The position numbers and the translations under genes are program-made. DNA of 64,000 nt, taken from NCBI GenBank assembly GCA_964606745.1, contig CAZSHJ010000001.1:18091-82090 (forward strand), read 5' to 3'. The DNA is from an uncultured Thermoplasmatales archaeon (GTDB lineage Archaea; Thermoplasmatota; E2; UBA202; DSCA01). The notes below the pieces were generated by a model. It saw only the letters and a program-made list of their open reading frames with translations. It was not told the origin of the DNA and ran no database searches. Numbering within the stretch: position 1 is the stretch's first letter; each line of letters begins with the position of its first letter. Shown in pieces: positions 17,700 to 26,538 of this stretch.

Positions 17700-19466
17700 T
17701 TAAATTGTCACAATTGCTTTGCGATTTTGGCCATTTGCAAAGATTGTTAGTTTTTCGGTCTCGATAAGTTTCACAAACTTTGTATCGATTGCACTCTTAA
17801 AGCTATCAAGATAATGCTTATCTATAAAATCACCTTTCTCAGGATATATTGGGGCATAGATAATATTACTACTAACTAAATCCCCGAAAAAATGTGTTCC
17901 ATAAGACAGTTCAAGTGCAACTTGGTCAGTTGCTACTTCAACAATCATAATCGCATTACTAATTTCACCATATCTGACCGGGATACCAAGCTCTGGGTGG
18001 GTTGTACCCCATCGTCCAGGCCCTATAAGGATATATCTACGACCATTAAGAAACCTATTGACTTTCCCTACCTCTCTCGCAATCTCATAAGCATTCGTTA
18101 AATTAAATACCTCATTAGATACATATATAATACGATTTATTCGGGTAAACTTACCGTTTCCCATTATCCCATTGCTTTTTATAATGACTTTATCCTCAAT
18201 AGAAGATGGGATATTAATCATTTTATGTTCACTTCTTACCCATAACGGCCTTAATTGCACAATATAAAATCCGGGATTGCTTTGCATTCTGTTACCCTCA
18301 GATAATTCTACGGCAAACTCAATATCAACTGGTATTCCTGTTATTTTTTCAATATTATTTACAATATCTTGAAGTAATGAGGTTACGTCTATCGGTTTTT
18401 TTATGCTCAGAATTTTATTAAACGTCAATATAATCTGTTCATTTTTTCTTGGGAATGAGATTATTTCAGTCAAATAATCTTCTTCAATTTTTGAAGCAAC
18501 CAGGCGGATGCTCGAGTCATAATGCACAGCTTCTTTTACAGGGACAGTAACAAATGATTTTTTCTGCAAATCAATAGCGTCAAAATTCGTTTGAGAGTAA
18601 TGAACAATGTCCTCTAGTGACGGACCTACAGGGCTGTTATCCGGAAAAAAGGGGGAGAAAACCTTTGCGCGAGATCGCCCCACCGCTTGTGTGCCAAGCC
18701 CGTACACCATTCTTACAAAACCCTGATTCTGCTTAATTCGTTCGGACCATGGATAATAATTCTGTGAAAACAAAACTCCAGAAATTAAAGGATAATAGAG
18801 TGAATTACGATGGTTTCTTCCAATAACTTCCTGGATAAGAATGGCCATTTTCTCTTCTGCCCAATCTATGTTATTTCTAATCCGATACTCTCTCGCATTT
18901 TCCTCAAAAGTACTGGCATAAACCGTTTTAACCGCGTCAATAATCTCATTCAACCGCTCACTTTTTGTCCCACGGTTCGTAATAAACACCGATTGGTATA
19001 TTCCCGCAAAAGAGTATCGTAGATTATCTTCCAAAAGGCTTGACGATCTGACTACGAGAGGCAGTTCACCAGCAAGAGATATTATGTCTTGAAGTGCCTC
19101 CATTTGTGAATCAGGTAATTCAGCCTCTAAAAAATCCATGTATAACTCTTCGGGGGCAATTTTCCCTGAACATTTCTTTGTTATCCTAGTATACAATTTA
19201 TTTAAATTCATAAACTCGTCATAAAAACTGGTCCTTAACAAAAACGATTTAGGAATTTTTATCAGATCGGAGTGACTCTTTGAAAGAAAAGACTTTTCTT
19301 CCATCTTTAAATCAGTTAAAAACAAGAGACCGGCAGACTTGCCACCGACAAAACCGTCTCCATAGACGATGACATTATCATATGACCTATCTTCTTTCAT
19401 CTTGAAGGTAACGTATGGCGCATCGGACTTTAAAGAGTCGATTAGTCCAATTGCATTTTTATGCAT
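17700..19466 (-). CDS. PEP-utilizing enzyme family protein (pyruvate phosphate dikinase N-terminal ATP-grasp-like domain)
   Basis: 588 aa. GDGFVGGKSAGLLFL and VRSSSLLEDNLRYSFAGIYQSVF match the PPDK_N / PEP synthase nucleotide-binding signatures. No obvious His-swivel or PEP-binding domains. Confidence 0.6.
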   Translation of the reverse strand: MHKNAIGLIDSLKSDAPYVTFKMKEDRSYDNVIVYGDGFVGGKSAGLLFLTDLKMEEKSFLSKSHSDLIKIPKSFLLRTSFYDEFMNLNKLYTRITKKCSGKIAPEELYMDFLEAELPDSQMEALQDIISLAGELPLVVRSSSLLEDNLRYSFAGIYQSVFITNRGTKSERLNEIIDAVKTVYASTFEENAREYRIRNNIDWAEEKMAILIQEVIGRNHRNSLYYPLISGVLFSQNYYPWSERIKQNQGFVRMVYGLGTQAVGRSRAKVFSPFFPDNSPVGPSLEDIVHYSQTNFDAIDLQKKSFVTVPVKEAVHYDSSIRLVASKIEEDYLTEIISFPRKNEQIILTFNKILSIKKPIDVTSLLQDIVNNIEKITGIPVDIEFAVELSEGNRMQSNPGFYIVQLRPLWVRSEHKMINIPSSIEDKVIIKSNGIMGNGKFTRINRIIYVSNEVFNLTNAYEIAREVGKVNRFLNGRRYILIGPGRWGTTHPELGIPVRYGEISNAIMIVEVATDQVALELSYGTHFFGDLVSSNIIYAPIYPEKGDFIDKHYLDSFKSAIDTKFVKLIETEKLTIFANGQNRKAIVTI

Positions 19467-19670
19467 ATATATCTAAAAAAGTTAGCATATATAGTATTAT
19501 TCATTCAAAGATATTCTTACAAAATCGTAACGTGATTGAGTTTAACACTGAATTGTAAGCTTTTCTGATAGATGCGATCTGGGTAACCCCTGTCAGAAAA
19601 AATGATGCATATACGATTAATCCCCTGCCCAAAGATTGTTGACTTCCCGCTGGAATAGGTTAAGATATGA

Positions 19671-21005
19671 TTATTGATGCCAGCTTTCAATGGATTCATG
19701 CAAAATCTGCTCTGCAAGAGCGAGCGACTCATCGGTCACATCGCCGAATGAGGCACAGGCAATCGCCTGCGGAACACGCCGGATATAATCCCCCATCCTT
19801 AAATCCCGGCGGAGCTGGGTGGCATAATGTTCCTCTACAAGCTCGTTTACACTGGAGAGATATGCCCTCACCTTTCTGGTTGACACCTCGATGCCGGGAC
19901 GATAACCTTGCGCCATCTCCACCCACTGGTTGTAGAAGGATGGCTTTTCCCTTATTTCCCCCCCGCCGTAAAATTTCTGTTCGAAAAGTTCCAGACGACT
20001 CTCCCTGTCTATTTTTTCCGTTTTTACTATGAGGGCGAACCTGCTCATGAGAAGCGGAGGCAAGGAAATACCTTTCAAGGGCGTGTCATGAAAAACCTGT
20101 GACGAGGGGTTTGCAAATGCTATCATTATAAATCGACTTTCTATCTCCTCATGTATTTTTGCCGAGTGTACGCTACATCTCCCGTTTGACAATAATTCGT
20201 AGCAGTGCTCTATGTCTCCCTCTGGTATCTTGTCCAGCTCGTCCACAAGCACGACTTTTTCGTGTGAATATGCAAGTGCCCCCATCTCCCCGGTGGCAAG
20301 GTTTATCACCAGTCCTGCCCTTGTTGTGTTTGCCCCGACTGTTGTGATATTGCGGAAATTCCGTTCTATTATTTCCTTCGCAAGGGTCTTGCTGCTGCCG
20401 GGCTCACCGATAACGACCGTATGGACAGGTTCCTTGAATGTGGAGAACATGCTCACCGACAATGCTTTCTTCATTATCTCGTTTCCCATTATACCGTCAA
20501 AAACGTTTCTCCAGAAGCCCTCGAACCCCCGCTCGCGTGCAAAATCCATTACCTGCTCCTCGCTCAGCGGCATGTGCTCCGAAAAGCCCTTTTTCATCCC
20601 ATCCAGAATTTCCTTTTCGATTTGCGATGCCTCGACTATCATGTCAAAAGCCCTTCCATTCCTGCAAATTTCCATAATCCCGTCTTTTTCCGCCAGGGAG
20701 GCGGCACCCGGTGGAACATTGTACACACCCAGAACAGAGAGAACGGATTTTATTATGGGATTGGAGATATCTCTGGTGTACACCCGGATAATATCTTCCT
20801 CAACATCAATATCCTCTATATTTTCATGGGCTATAATGTTTCTTGCCCTCCTTATGAGCGAAACGCCCTTTCCCCTCCCCATCCCCAGCTTCTCGTGGGT
20901 CAGCATGGAGATTTGCTCAAGGCGGGTTATACCCATGGATTCGAGTTTCTTTCTGTCGGATGGTGCAACTCCCAGCTTAGCAAGGTCATCTTCCATATGC
21001 TGCAT
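19671..21005 (-). CDS. MCM-like AAA+ ATPase with N-terminal helix-hairpin-helix region
   Basis: 444 aa. GNEIMKKALSVSMFS (MCM G.E.vKKA..L.LFGG), Walker A VVIGEPGSSKT, Walker B VVLVDELDK, arginine-finger-like SRFALIV (MCM SRFDL). N-terminus LAKLGV...LESMGITRLEQ is HhH-like. No MCM OB/zinc N-domain. Confidence 0.55.
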   Translation of the reverse strand: MQHMEDDLAKLGVAPSDRKKLESMGITRLEQISMLTHEKLGMGRGKGVSLIRRARNIIAHENIEDIDVEEDIIRVYTRDISNPIIKSVLSVLGVYNVPPGAASLAEKDGIMEICRNGRAFDMIVEASQIEKEILDGMKKGFSEHMPLSEEQVMDFARERGFEGFWRNVFDGIMGNEIMKKALSVSMFSTFKEPVHTVVIGEPGSSKTLAKEIIERNFRNITTVGANTTRAGLVINLATGEMGALAYSHEKVVLVDELDKIPEGDIEHCYELLSNGRCSVHSAKIHEEIESRFIMIAFANPSSQVFHDTPLKGISLPPLLMSRFALIVKTEKIDRESRLELFEQKFYGGGEIREKPSFYNQWVEMAQGYRPGIEVSTRKVRAYLSSVNELVEEHYATQLRRDLRMGDYIRRVPQAIACASFGDVTDESLALAEQILHESIESWHQ

Positions 21006-21030
21006 AATACCTTCCGTAATTAAAGTTTCG

Positions 21031-21564
21031 TTACTCTCTGGCTACCACAATAAAATTAGCTCCGACATATTTCTTGAATCCCGACTTTCCGACAATGACT
21101 TTTAGAAATGCGGACTGCTCCCCCTGTTCAATTGTTGCATTCACGTGGATGACAGCCATGCCCCCGACATCCGTTTTTGCGGATGCTGTTTCATCCCCGC
21201 CCGCGATTTTAACGGTTGCATTCTCCACCGCAGTGTTATTCGCATCGGTCACCTTCACAACGACATCGAACGATGCCTGCGTTCCCGAAATGATTACAAG
21301 ATTTCCGTCCCTGCCCCCGCACTGTATGCACTCCACTTCAAAAGTCCCCTTCGGTGTAAAAATTACAATCAGGGCGATGAGTACCGAGAAAATAACGATA
21401 GCAAGAATGATGAGTGCAGCAAGCCGCAGCGGCGACTTCCGAATGTCCTTGAATGACAATATGAACCTATCCCAGTGATCTTTCACGATACAGATAGCAT
21501 ATAATGCATTTAAAAGTTTGCGGATGGAAATAGATTTATATTGCACATCAGGGGTTACCATCAT
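21031..21564 (-). CDS. membrane-anchored protein with Ig-like/carboxypeptidase-regulatory-like beta domain, hypothetical
   Basis: Hydrophobic anchor LRLAALIILAIVIFSVLIALIVIF then ENATVKIAGGDETASAKTDVGGMAVIHV. True start uncertain; the track ORF extends to 21606 and overlaps the divergent HAD gene. Confidence 0.3.
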   Translation of the reverse strand: MMVTPDVQYKSISIRKLLNALYAICIVKDHWDRFILSFKDIRKSPLRLAALIILAIVIFSVLIALIVIFTPKGTFEVECIQCGGRDGNLVIISGTQASFDVVVKVTDANNTAVENATVKIAGGDETASAKTDVGGMAVIHVNATIEQGEQSAFLKVIVGKSGFKKYVGANFIVVARE

Positions 21565-22135
21565 GGATGTCGGGGCTGTGGCATTTGACCTTGACGGTAC
21601 AATCACCAGAACTGGTGTAAGGTTTGCCCCTTTCAGGAAGCGTATAGGGTGCGGGGAAGAGGATGTGCTTGAATACGTAAATAAAGCCGACGAAAAAAGG
21701 AGAAAGGAATTCTACGAAATACTGGACGACTACGAAAAAAACATACAGGAGGATTGCACTCTAAATCCCGGATTTCCAGAGCTCATGGACTTTCTGATGG
21801 AGAAAGGAATAAAAACGGGCATCGCAACCCGCTCGTCCAGAAAGCATGCAGGAATCGTGACACGGAAGCTGGGCATACCGGTCAACCATGTAATAGCAAG
21901 GGAGGACGCAGAGCCAAAACCTTCAGGAATGCCGCTCATCATGCTGTCAAAAATGTTCAACGTGTCCACCGAAAAAATGTTATTCGTGGGAGATTTTTTG
22001 TGGGACATGCTTGCAGGCAGGGATGCCGGGGTCAAAACGGTTCTTCTTCTGAACAGCCATTCGGAAAAGTTTTCCCATCTTGCAGATTACACAATCACTG
22101 ATTTAAAGGAACTAATAGATATGATTGAGAAGTGA
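21563..22135 (+). CDS. HAD-superfamily hydrolase (phosphatase)
   Basis: Motif I AFDLDGTIT, motif III K, motif IV VGDFLWDMLAGRDAG. Start chosen at MDVGAVAFDLDGT; the track ORF begins 45 nt upstream. Confidence 0.7.
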   Translation: MDVGAVAFDLDGTITRTGVRFAPFRKRIGCGEEDVLEYVNKADEKRRKEFYEILDDYEKNIQEDCTLNPGFPELMDFLMEKGIKTGIATRSSRKHAGIVTRKLGIPVNHVIAREDAEPKPSGMPLIMLSKMFNVSTEKMLFVGDFLWDMLAGRDAGVKTVLLLNSHSEKFSHLADYTITDLKELIDMIEK

Positions 22136-22143
22136 ATAAGGAC

Positions 22144-22638
22144 TTATTCAGTGAATCTTCCGTCATCTCCTGATGATGGAAGCTTATGAACGTTTTTCTC
22201 AAGCCACCCTATATTTTTGACCTCATGGATATCAAACTCGGGCACATAGGGCTTGATGTCAAGGAGAGGTGTTCCATCAACAATGTCCACATTCATAATG
22301 TACAGGGTACTACCCTCGACTTTCAAAAGCTCGACCACGGATACACCTATGGGATTGGGCCTACTCGGAGCCCTTGTGGCAAAAACCCCACGCTTTTTGT
22401 TGTCCATGTAGGGCTTTACTTTCAAATGATAGCCCTCAGATAAATGAAATTGGTATATTAAAAAAATGCGAGAAAAACCCCCAATGTCCTCCAATCCTTC
22501 AGCGTATTCTGGAAATACTTCTACTTGCCCTTCAATGCCTTCTGCAACTGCGGGTTGTATTGGAATTCCCTTTGGCTCCTTGAAAGGAGAATGAATGATT
22601 CCGATGGGCTTGAATGATATTTCATTCATTTTTCTCAT
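22144..22638 (-). CDS. TsaA/TrmO (YaeB) family tRNA methyltransferase
   Basis: 164 aa. GVFATRAPSRPNPIGVSVVEL and LDIKPYVPEFD are hallmarks of the TsaA/YaeB family. Confidence 0.75.
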   Translation of the reverse strand: MRKMNEISFKPIGIIHSPFKEPKGIPIQPAVAEGIEGQVEVFPEYAEGLEDIGGFSRIFLIYQFHLSEGYHLKVKPYMDNKKRGVFATRAPSRPNPIGVSVVELLKVEGSTLYIMNVDIVDGTPLLDIKPYVPEFDIHEVKNIGWLEKNVHKLPSSGDDGRFTE

Positions 22639-22672
22639 GCCTTATATCCTAATGCATAGAATACCATATAAT

Positions 22673-22737
22673 GCTTTTCTTAAAAGGGTTGCAAAGAAAA
22701 CTTTTCCGTCAACGCTTTTCTTAAAAGGGTTGCAAAG
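22673..22737. promoter_or_regulatory. two copies of a 24-bp direct repeat (GCTTTTCTTAAAAGGGTTGCAAAG) 41 bp apart, 35-100 bp upstream of the TsaA-like gene start
   Basis: Exact repeats at 22673-22696 and 22714-22737. Candidate tandem operator; only two copies, so not a CRISPR. Confidence 0.35.
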
Positions 22738-23124
22738 GAACTTTGGGGTGCAGACCTTTTGTTGCGTTATTGGTAACATTTTGGTTTTCTATTTTCTTTA
22801 GTAGTTTTAACATTTTATTGATTGTTTGTTTAAAAAAACAAAAAAATTTTTAACAAAAGCCATCAATTTCAGAATTAACAATCTCACAAGCATTTCATAA
22901 GATTTTGTCTTTTTATACTATCTTTCTTTGTTATCTCCCATAAAAATTACATATTCCTTTCGCTTTTACCATAATAAAGGAAAGAACGAGCTCTACAATA
23001 CAAGAGATGAAAATTCAAAAAAAATTTAAGAGTTAACATTAACTGACGGTTTTTAAAAATTAAGCAAAGAAACCCCTATTTTAGCTGCCGACAAACGTTA
23101 AATACAATATTGCTTTTCTAATCT

Positions 23125-24825
23125 GTGATAAAAATGAATAGAACATGTATGGTCGCAATTTGCGTATCACTCTCTATTTTTTTGATGATAACTGCAAGTA
23201 ACTCTGTAATCGATTATGGGGGGAAGACAGATTTAACAAACGGAAGTAATAGTATTGTAATTTTCTCTCCGGATAATGTGCAGGGCAACCTGCCGGGCAA
23301 TGAAACAGAGTACTGGGCATTAATCGTGGCTGTGGGCATATATGCTAACAACCCTGATATGGACAGACCGAGCATGCTCGTGGAATCGGCCAAACTCCAG
23401 GAAATGCTGCCTGTGTCATCAAATTGGGATGAAAACCATATGAAAGTCATAGAAAGAGAGAATGCCACGGTGCCGAATATCATAAATGGATTCAGATGGC
23501 TGGATGAAATGGAAGATGAAAATGATATTTCCCTTGTTTACCTGACAACCCACGGCTTCCCGATTTTATTTGATATACCTCCTTTTGATGAGGAAGACGG
23601 TATGGATGAGGCACTGGCAACTTACAGGGGTTTCCTCCCGTTTCCCAACCCGTGGAGCTGGGAGCCACTTGCAAACGCATTTGCAATACTCACCGATGAT
23701 GAAATCAATTTTTTCCTGAATAGACTTGAATCAAAGGGAATTGGTGTTATTGTTGACAGTTGTCACAGTGGCGGCTTCAATGACAACTGGTCATACTCCA
23801 AAGCGGCTGTGGAGAACTGGGCAAAGGATTTTGCCGGCGAGCTTCAGGGGAGAAACAGGGTGATTATAACTTCGGTGCCGGAGACAGAGACCTCTTATGG
23901 TTCGTACTTCTCCAACTATATTATCAAAGGGCTTCAGGGATACGGAGATGTGAACGGCGACGGGATGTGCTCACTGGAAGAAGCATTTAACTACGCAAAA
24001 CCCATAATTGAAAAAGATACGGGCATGCGTCCCCAGATTTTCGATGATTATCCCGGCGAGCTGATTTTTACCGAAAAGGAAATGCCTCCATCCCAGCCGG
24101 AAAAGCCGGAAGGACCGACAATAGGAAAAACGAATACGACGTATTCATATGAGACACTGTCATCAGATCCGGAAGGGGACGATATAAAATATCTTTTCGA
24201 CTGGGGAGATGGAAGCAAGGAATGGACATTGCCTTGCCATTCTGGCATAGTCTTAAGCATATCACATTCATGGGATGAAGAGGGGACATATAGCATCAAG
24301 GTGATGGCATCCGATGAGAAAGGAGCGGAGAGTGAATGGTCTGAAGAGATGGCAGTTACACTGGCCGACCGCCATATAGTTGACCAGAGGCAGGTGGTTT
24401 ACCGCTCTGGATCCAGGGTGAATATAACCGAATGGGTTGCTCAGTCATTTGTGCCCTCTCTCGACAGAATATCAAAAATCGAAATCAATCTTTTCTCATA
24501 TGGTGAAAGCAATACAGTTACCCTCATGTTACGGGAAAACCTGGACGGAATTGATATGGCAACATCATCAAAAACTGTTGAGCCAGCAAAGGATTGGGAG
24601 GAATCGAAATGGATTTCCTTTGGTTTTAACGAGGTCTCGTTAACTCCGGGGAAGGAATATTATATTGTATGCTACAGTTCAGCAGAGGAGTGGAGTGTGC
24701 GATGGTCGAATAGTGGACGTAACAATGATGTGTATCAAAATGGCACCATATATTACTCAGAGGATGCTGGCATCACCTGGGAAAGCAGGAATAATAGAGA
24801 CGCCACATTTGTTACCTACGGATAG
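23125..24825 (+). CDS. secreted clan CD cysteine peptidase (legumain C13 / clostripain C11-like His-Cys dyad) with PKD-like domain and C-terminal beta domain
   Basis: Signal/anchor MNRTCMVAICVSLSIFLMITA. His motif YLTTHGF and Cys motif VIVDSCHSGGF about 70 aa apart. PKD-like module PEGPTIGKTNTTYSY...DPEGDDIKYLFDWGDGS...HSWDEEGTYSIKV. Confidence 0.6.
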   Translation: MIKMNRTCMVAICVSLSIFLMITASNSVIDYGGKTDLTNGSNSIVIFSPDNVQGNLPGNETEYWALIVAVGIYANNPDMDRPSMLVESAKLQEMLPVSSNWDENHMKVIERENATVPNIINGFRWLDEMEDENDISLVYLTTHGFPILFDIPPFDEEDGMDEALATYRGFLPFPNPWSWEPLANAFAILTDDEINFFLNRLESKGIGVIVDSCHSGGFNDNWSYSKAAVENWAKDFAGELQGRNRVIITSVPETETSYGSYFSNYIIKGLQGYGDVNGDGMCSLEEAFNYAKPIIEKDTGMRPQIFDDYPGELIFTEKEMPPSQPEKPEGPTIGKTNTTYSYETLSSDPEGDDIKYLFDWGDGSKEWTLPCHSGIVLSISHSWDEEGTYSIKVMASDEKGAESEWSEEMAVTLADRHIVDQRQVVYRSGSRVNITEWVAQSFVPSLDRISKIEINLFSYGESNTVTLMLRENLDGIDMATSSKTVEPAKDWEESKWISFGFNEVSLTPGKEYYIVCYSSAEEWSVRWSNSGRNNDVYQNGTIYYSEDAGITWESRNNRDATFVTYG

Positions 24826-25010
24826 GATGTTCAGACCAATGTCTGTACGAATATAGAGATTTCCAAAACCAGATAAGAATCACTGTAGCGTAAGGAAGGA
24901 TTTTTCCTTCTCTCTTTCCTTTATTTTTAAATTTAACAATCGTGAGTTGTCAATTGTGCCATACGTAAAGTTTTTGAATGAGTTTTTATTTACATAGTGG
25001 AGGCAAAAAT

Positions 25011-26273
25011 ATGGAAAAAATATTGTGGAAAGGATTGGCATGCGCTTTGGTAGCGATGTTACTACTAATACCTGCAAATATTGCAGAGAACAATAGAGAT
25101 AATGAACCATATCCAAAACTGCAAGTCTTGGCAGGGAATGCTGTGATAGATGGATTGCTTACTGAACTCAACTCAGTTGAAGGAGAGAAATTGGAAGGAA
25201 CAGTCCCCCCCACATGGGATTGGAGAAATGAAACATATGACAATATTACCGGCGATTGGACGACCCCGATAAAAGATCAATATCAGGATAAATGTGGAAG
25301 TTGCTGGGCATTTGGCTCACTTGCCGGACTGGAATCTGCAATTAAAATTTGGAATGATGATTTTGAAACGGATGTCGACCTTTCTGAACAATACATGCTA
25401 TCTTGTTCAAAAGGAAGCTGTGAGGGATGGTATTGGTTCAACACACTCGATTGGATAAAAAATAATGGGGCTATACCGGAATCATGTTTCCCGTATGAGG
25501 CAGATGATACCATTCCGTGCGATGCAAAATGTCCTAATTGGAGAGAAATGCTTATAGGAATAAATGAATATCGTCGGGTTAGCTCTGATGTGTTATCCAT
25601 ACAGAACGCCCTTATTCAATACGGTCCCCTTCCCGCGACCATGGAAGTATATGGAGATTTTTATCCGAATTATACCGGGGGCGTATATCGCCATACCTAT
25701 GGTGACCTTATATGGGGCCATTGCGTTACAATCGTTGGATATGATAATACATGGGGAGAAGAAGATGAGGGATACTGGATTGTAAAAAACAGTTGGGGAA
25801 CAGAATGGGGGGAAAAAGGGTGGTTCAGGATTGCTTATGGAGAATGCAAAATTGAGAAAGGAGTATATTACTTTACCGGTCCGAATTACGCTCCCGATAA
25901 ACCCGATAAACCCTCTGGAGTAAACAGGGGTAAGGTTGGTGAGGAATATACATATTCGGCAACCGCAAATGACCCAGACGGCGACAATATAAAGTATTGT
26001 TTTGACTGGGGAGACGACAATATTACGTGGACGAGTCACATCAGCCCCGGAGAAACAGCATCAGTTAATTATACCTGGGCAGCTAAAGGAAATTACAACA
26101 TTAGAGTAAAAGTTAAGGACGAACACGGATTAGAAAGTGATTGGTCAGACCCTTTGCCAGTTAGCATGCCAAAAATCTATGAAAATACATTATTGGTATT
26201 GCTGGAAAAACTCAATGAATGGTTTATACAAGCGTTTGGAAGAGAGCTATTGCCGTGGACATTCAACCTATAA
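25011..26273 (+). CDS. secreted papain-family (C1) cysteine peptidase with PKD-like domain and conserved C-terminal tail
   Basis: GGAGG 8 nt upstream of ATG at 25011 (MEKILWKGLACALVAMLLLIPANIA). Catalytic QDKCGSCWAFGS (Cys), HCVTIVGYD (His), NSWGTEWGEKGWF (Asn/Trp). PKD-like module, then DPLPVSMPKIYENTLLVLLEKLNEWFIQAFGRELLPWTFNL. Confidence 0.85.
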   Translation: MEKILWKGLACALVAMLLLIPANIAENNRDNEPYPKLQVLAGNAVIDGLLTELNSVEGEKLEGTVPPTWDWRNETYDNITGDWTTPIKDQYQDKCGSCWAFGSLAGLESAIKIWNDDFETDVDLSEQYMLSCSKGSCEGWYWFNTLDWIKNNGAIPESCFPYEADDTIPCDAKCPNWREMLIGINEYRRVSSDVLSIQNALIQYGPLPATMEVYGDFYPNYTGGVYRHTYGDLIWGHCVTIVGYDNTWGEEDEGYWIVKNSWGTEWGEKGWFRIAYGECKIEKGVYYFTGPNYAPDKPDKPSGVNRGKVGEEYTYSATANDPDGDNIKYCFDWGDDNITWTSHISPGETASVNYTWAAKGNYNIRVKVKDEHGLESDWSDPLPVSMPKIYENTLLVLLEKLNEWFIQAFGRELLPWTFNL

Positions 26274-26284
26274 AATATCCTGAG

Positions 26285-26430
26285 GGAAAAGTCATCTGTT
26301 GCATCTGTGGCGTGAATGAGACAACAAATCCTGATGGCATATGCAATGACTGCAAGCTTTCCATATTGTTTAACAAGAATATTCCACCGAATTTTTGATT
26401 ACCCCTCAAATTCCCAAAGTGCTGATAATT
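26285..26430 (+). repeat. 145-bp dispersed repeat, copy 2 (degenerate copy of the mini zinc-ribbon ORF: 1-nt deletion and extra codon near the 5' end, no in-frame start)
   Basis: Aligns with 7620-7764. Starts 12 bp after the stop of the papain-PKD gene. Confidence 0.7.
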
Positions 26431-26538
26431 GAGACAAATATTTCGCCCATCTTTCACTCTCGCCATATAGGCCAACCTTGGCACCTATAAAAATCGCATC
26501 ATCGAAGATTATAAATCATTCATTTTCCTTTTCAATCC

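Noticed and set aside
20212-21105. 297-aa plus-strand ORF, and several others, inside the MCM-like gene
   Set aside because: Antisense to a well-supported CDS. Serine-rich, low-complexity translation typical of shadow ORFs in the GC-richer segments.
22673-22737. Direct repeats that might suggest a CRISPR array
   Set aside because: Only two copies of a 24-bp unit with a 17-bp spacer, and no cas genes nearby. Treated as a candidate operator instead.
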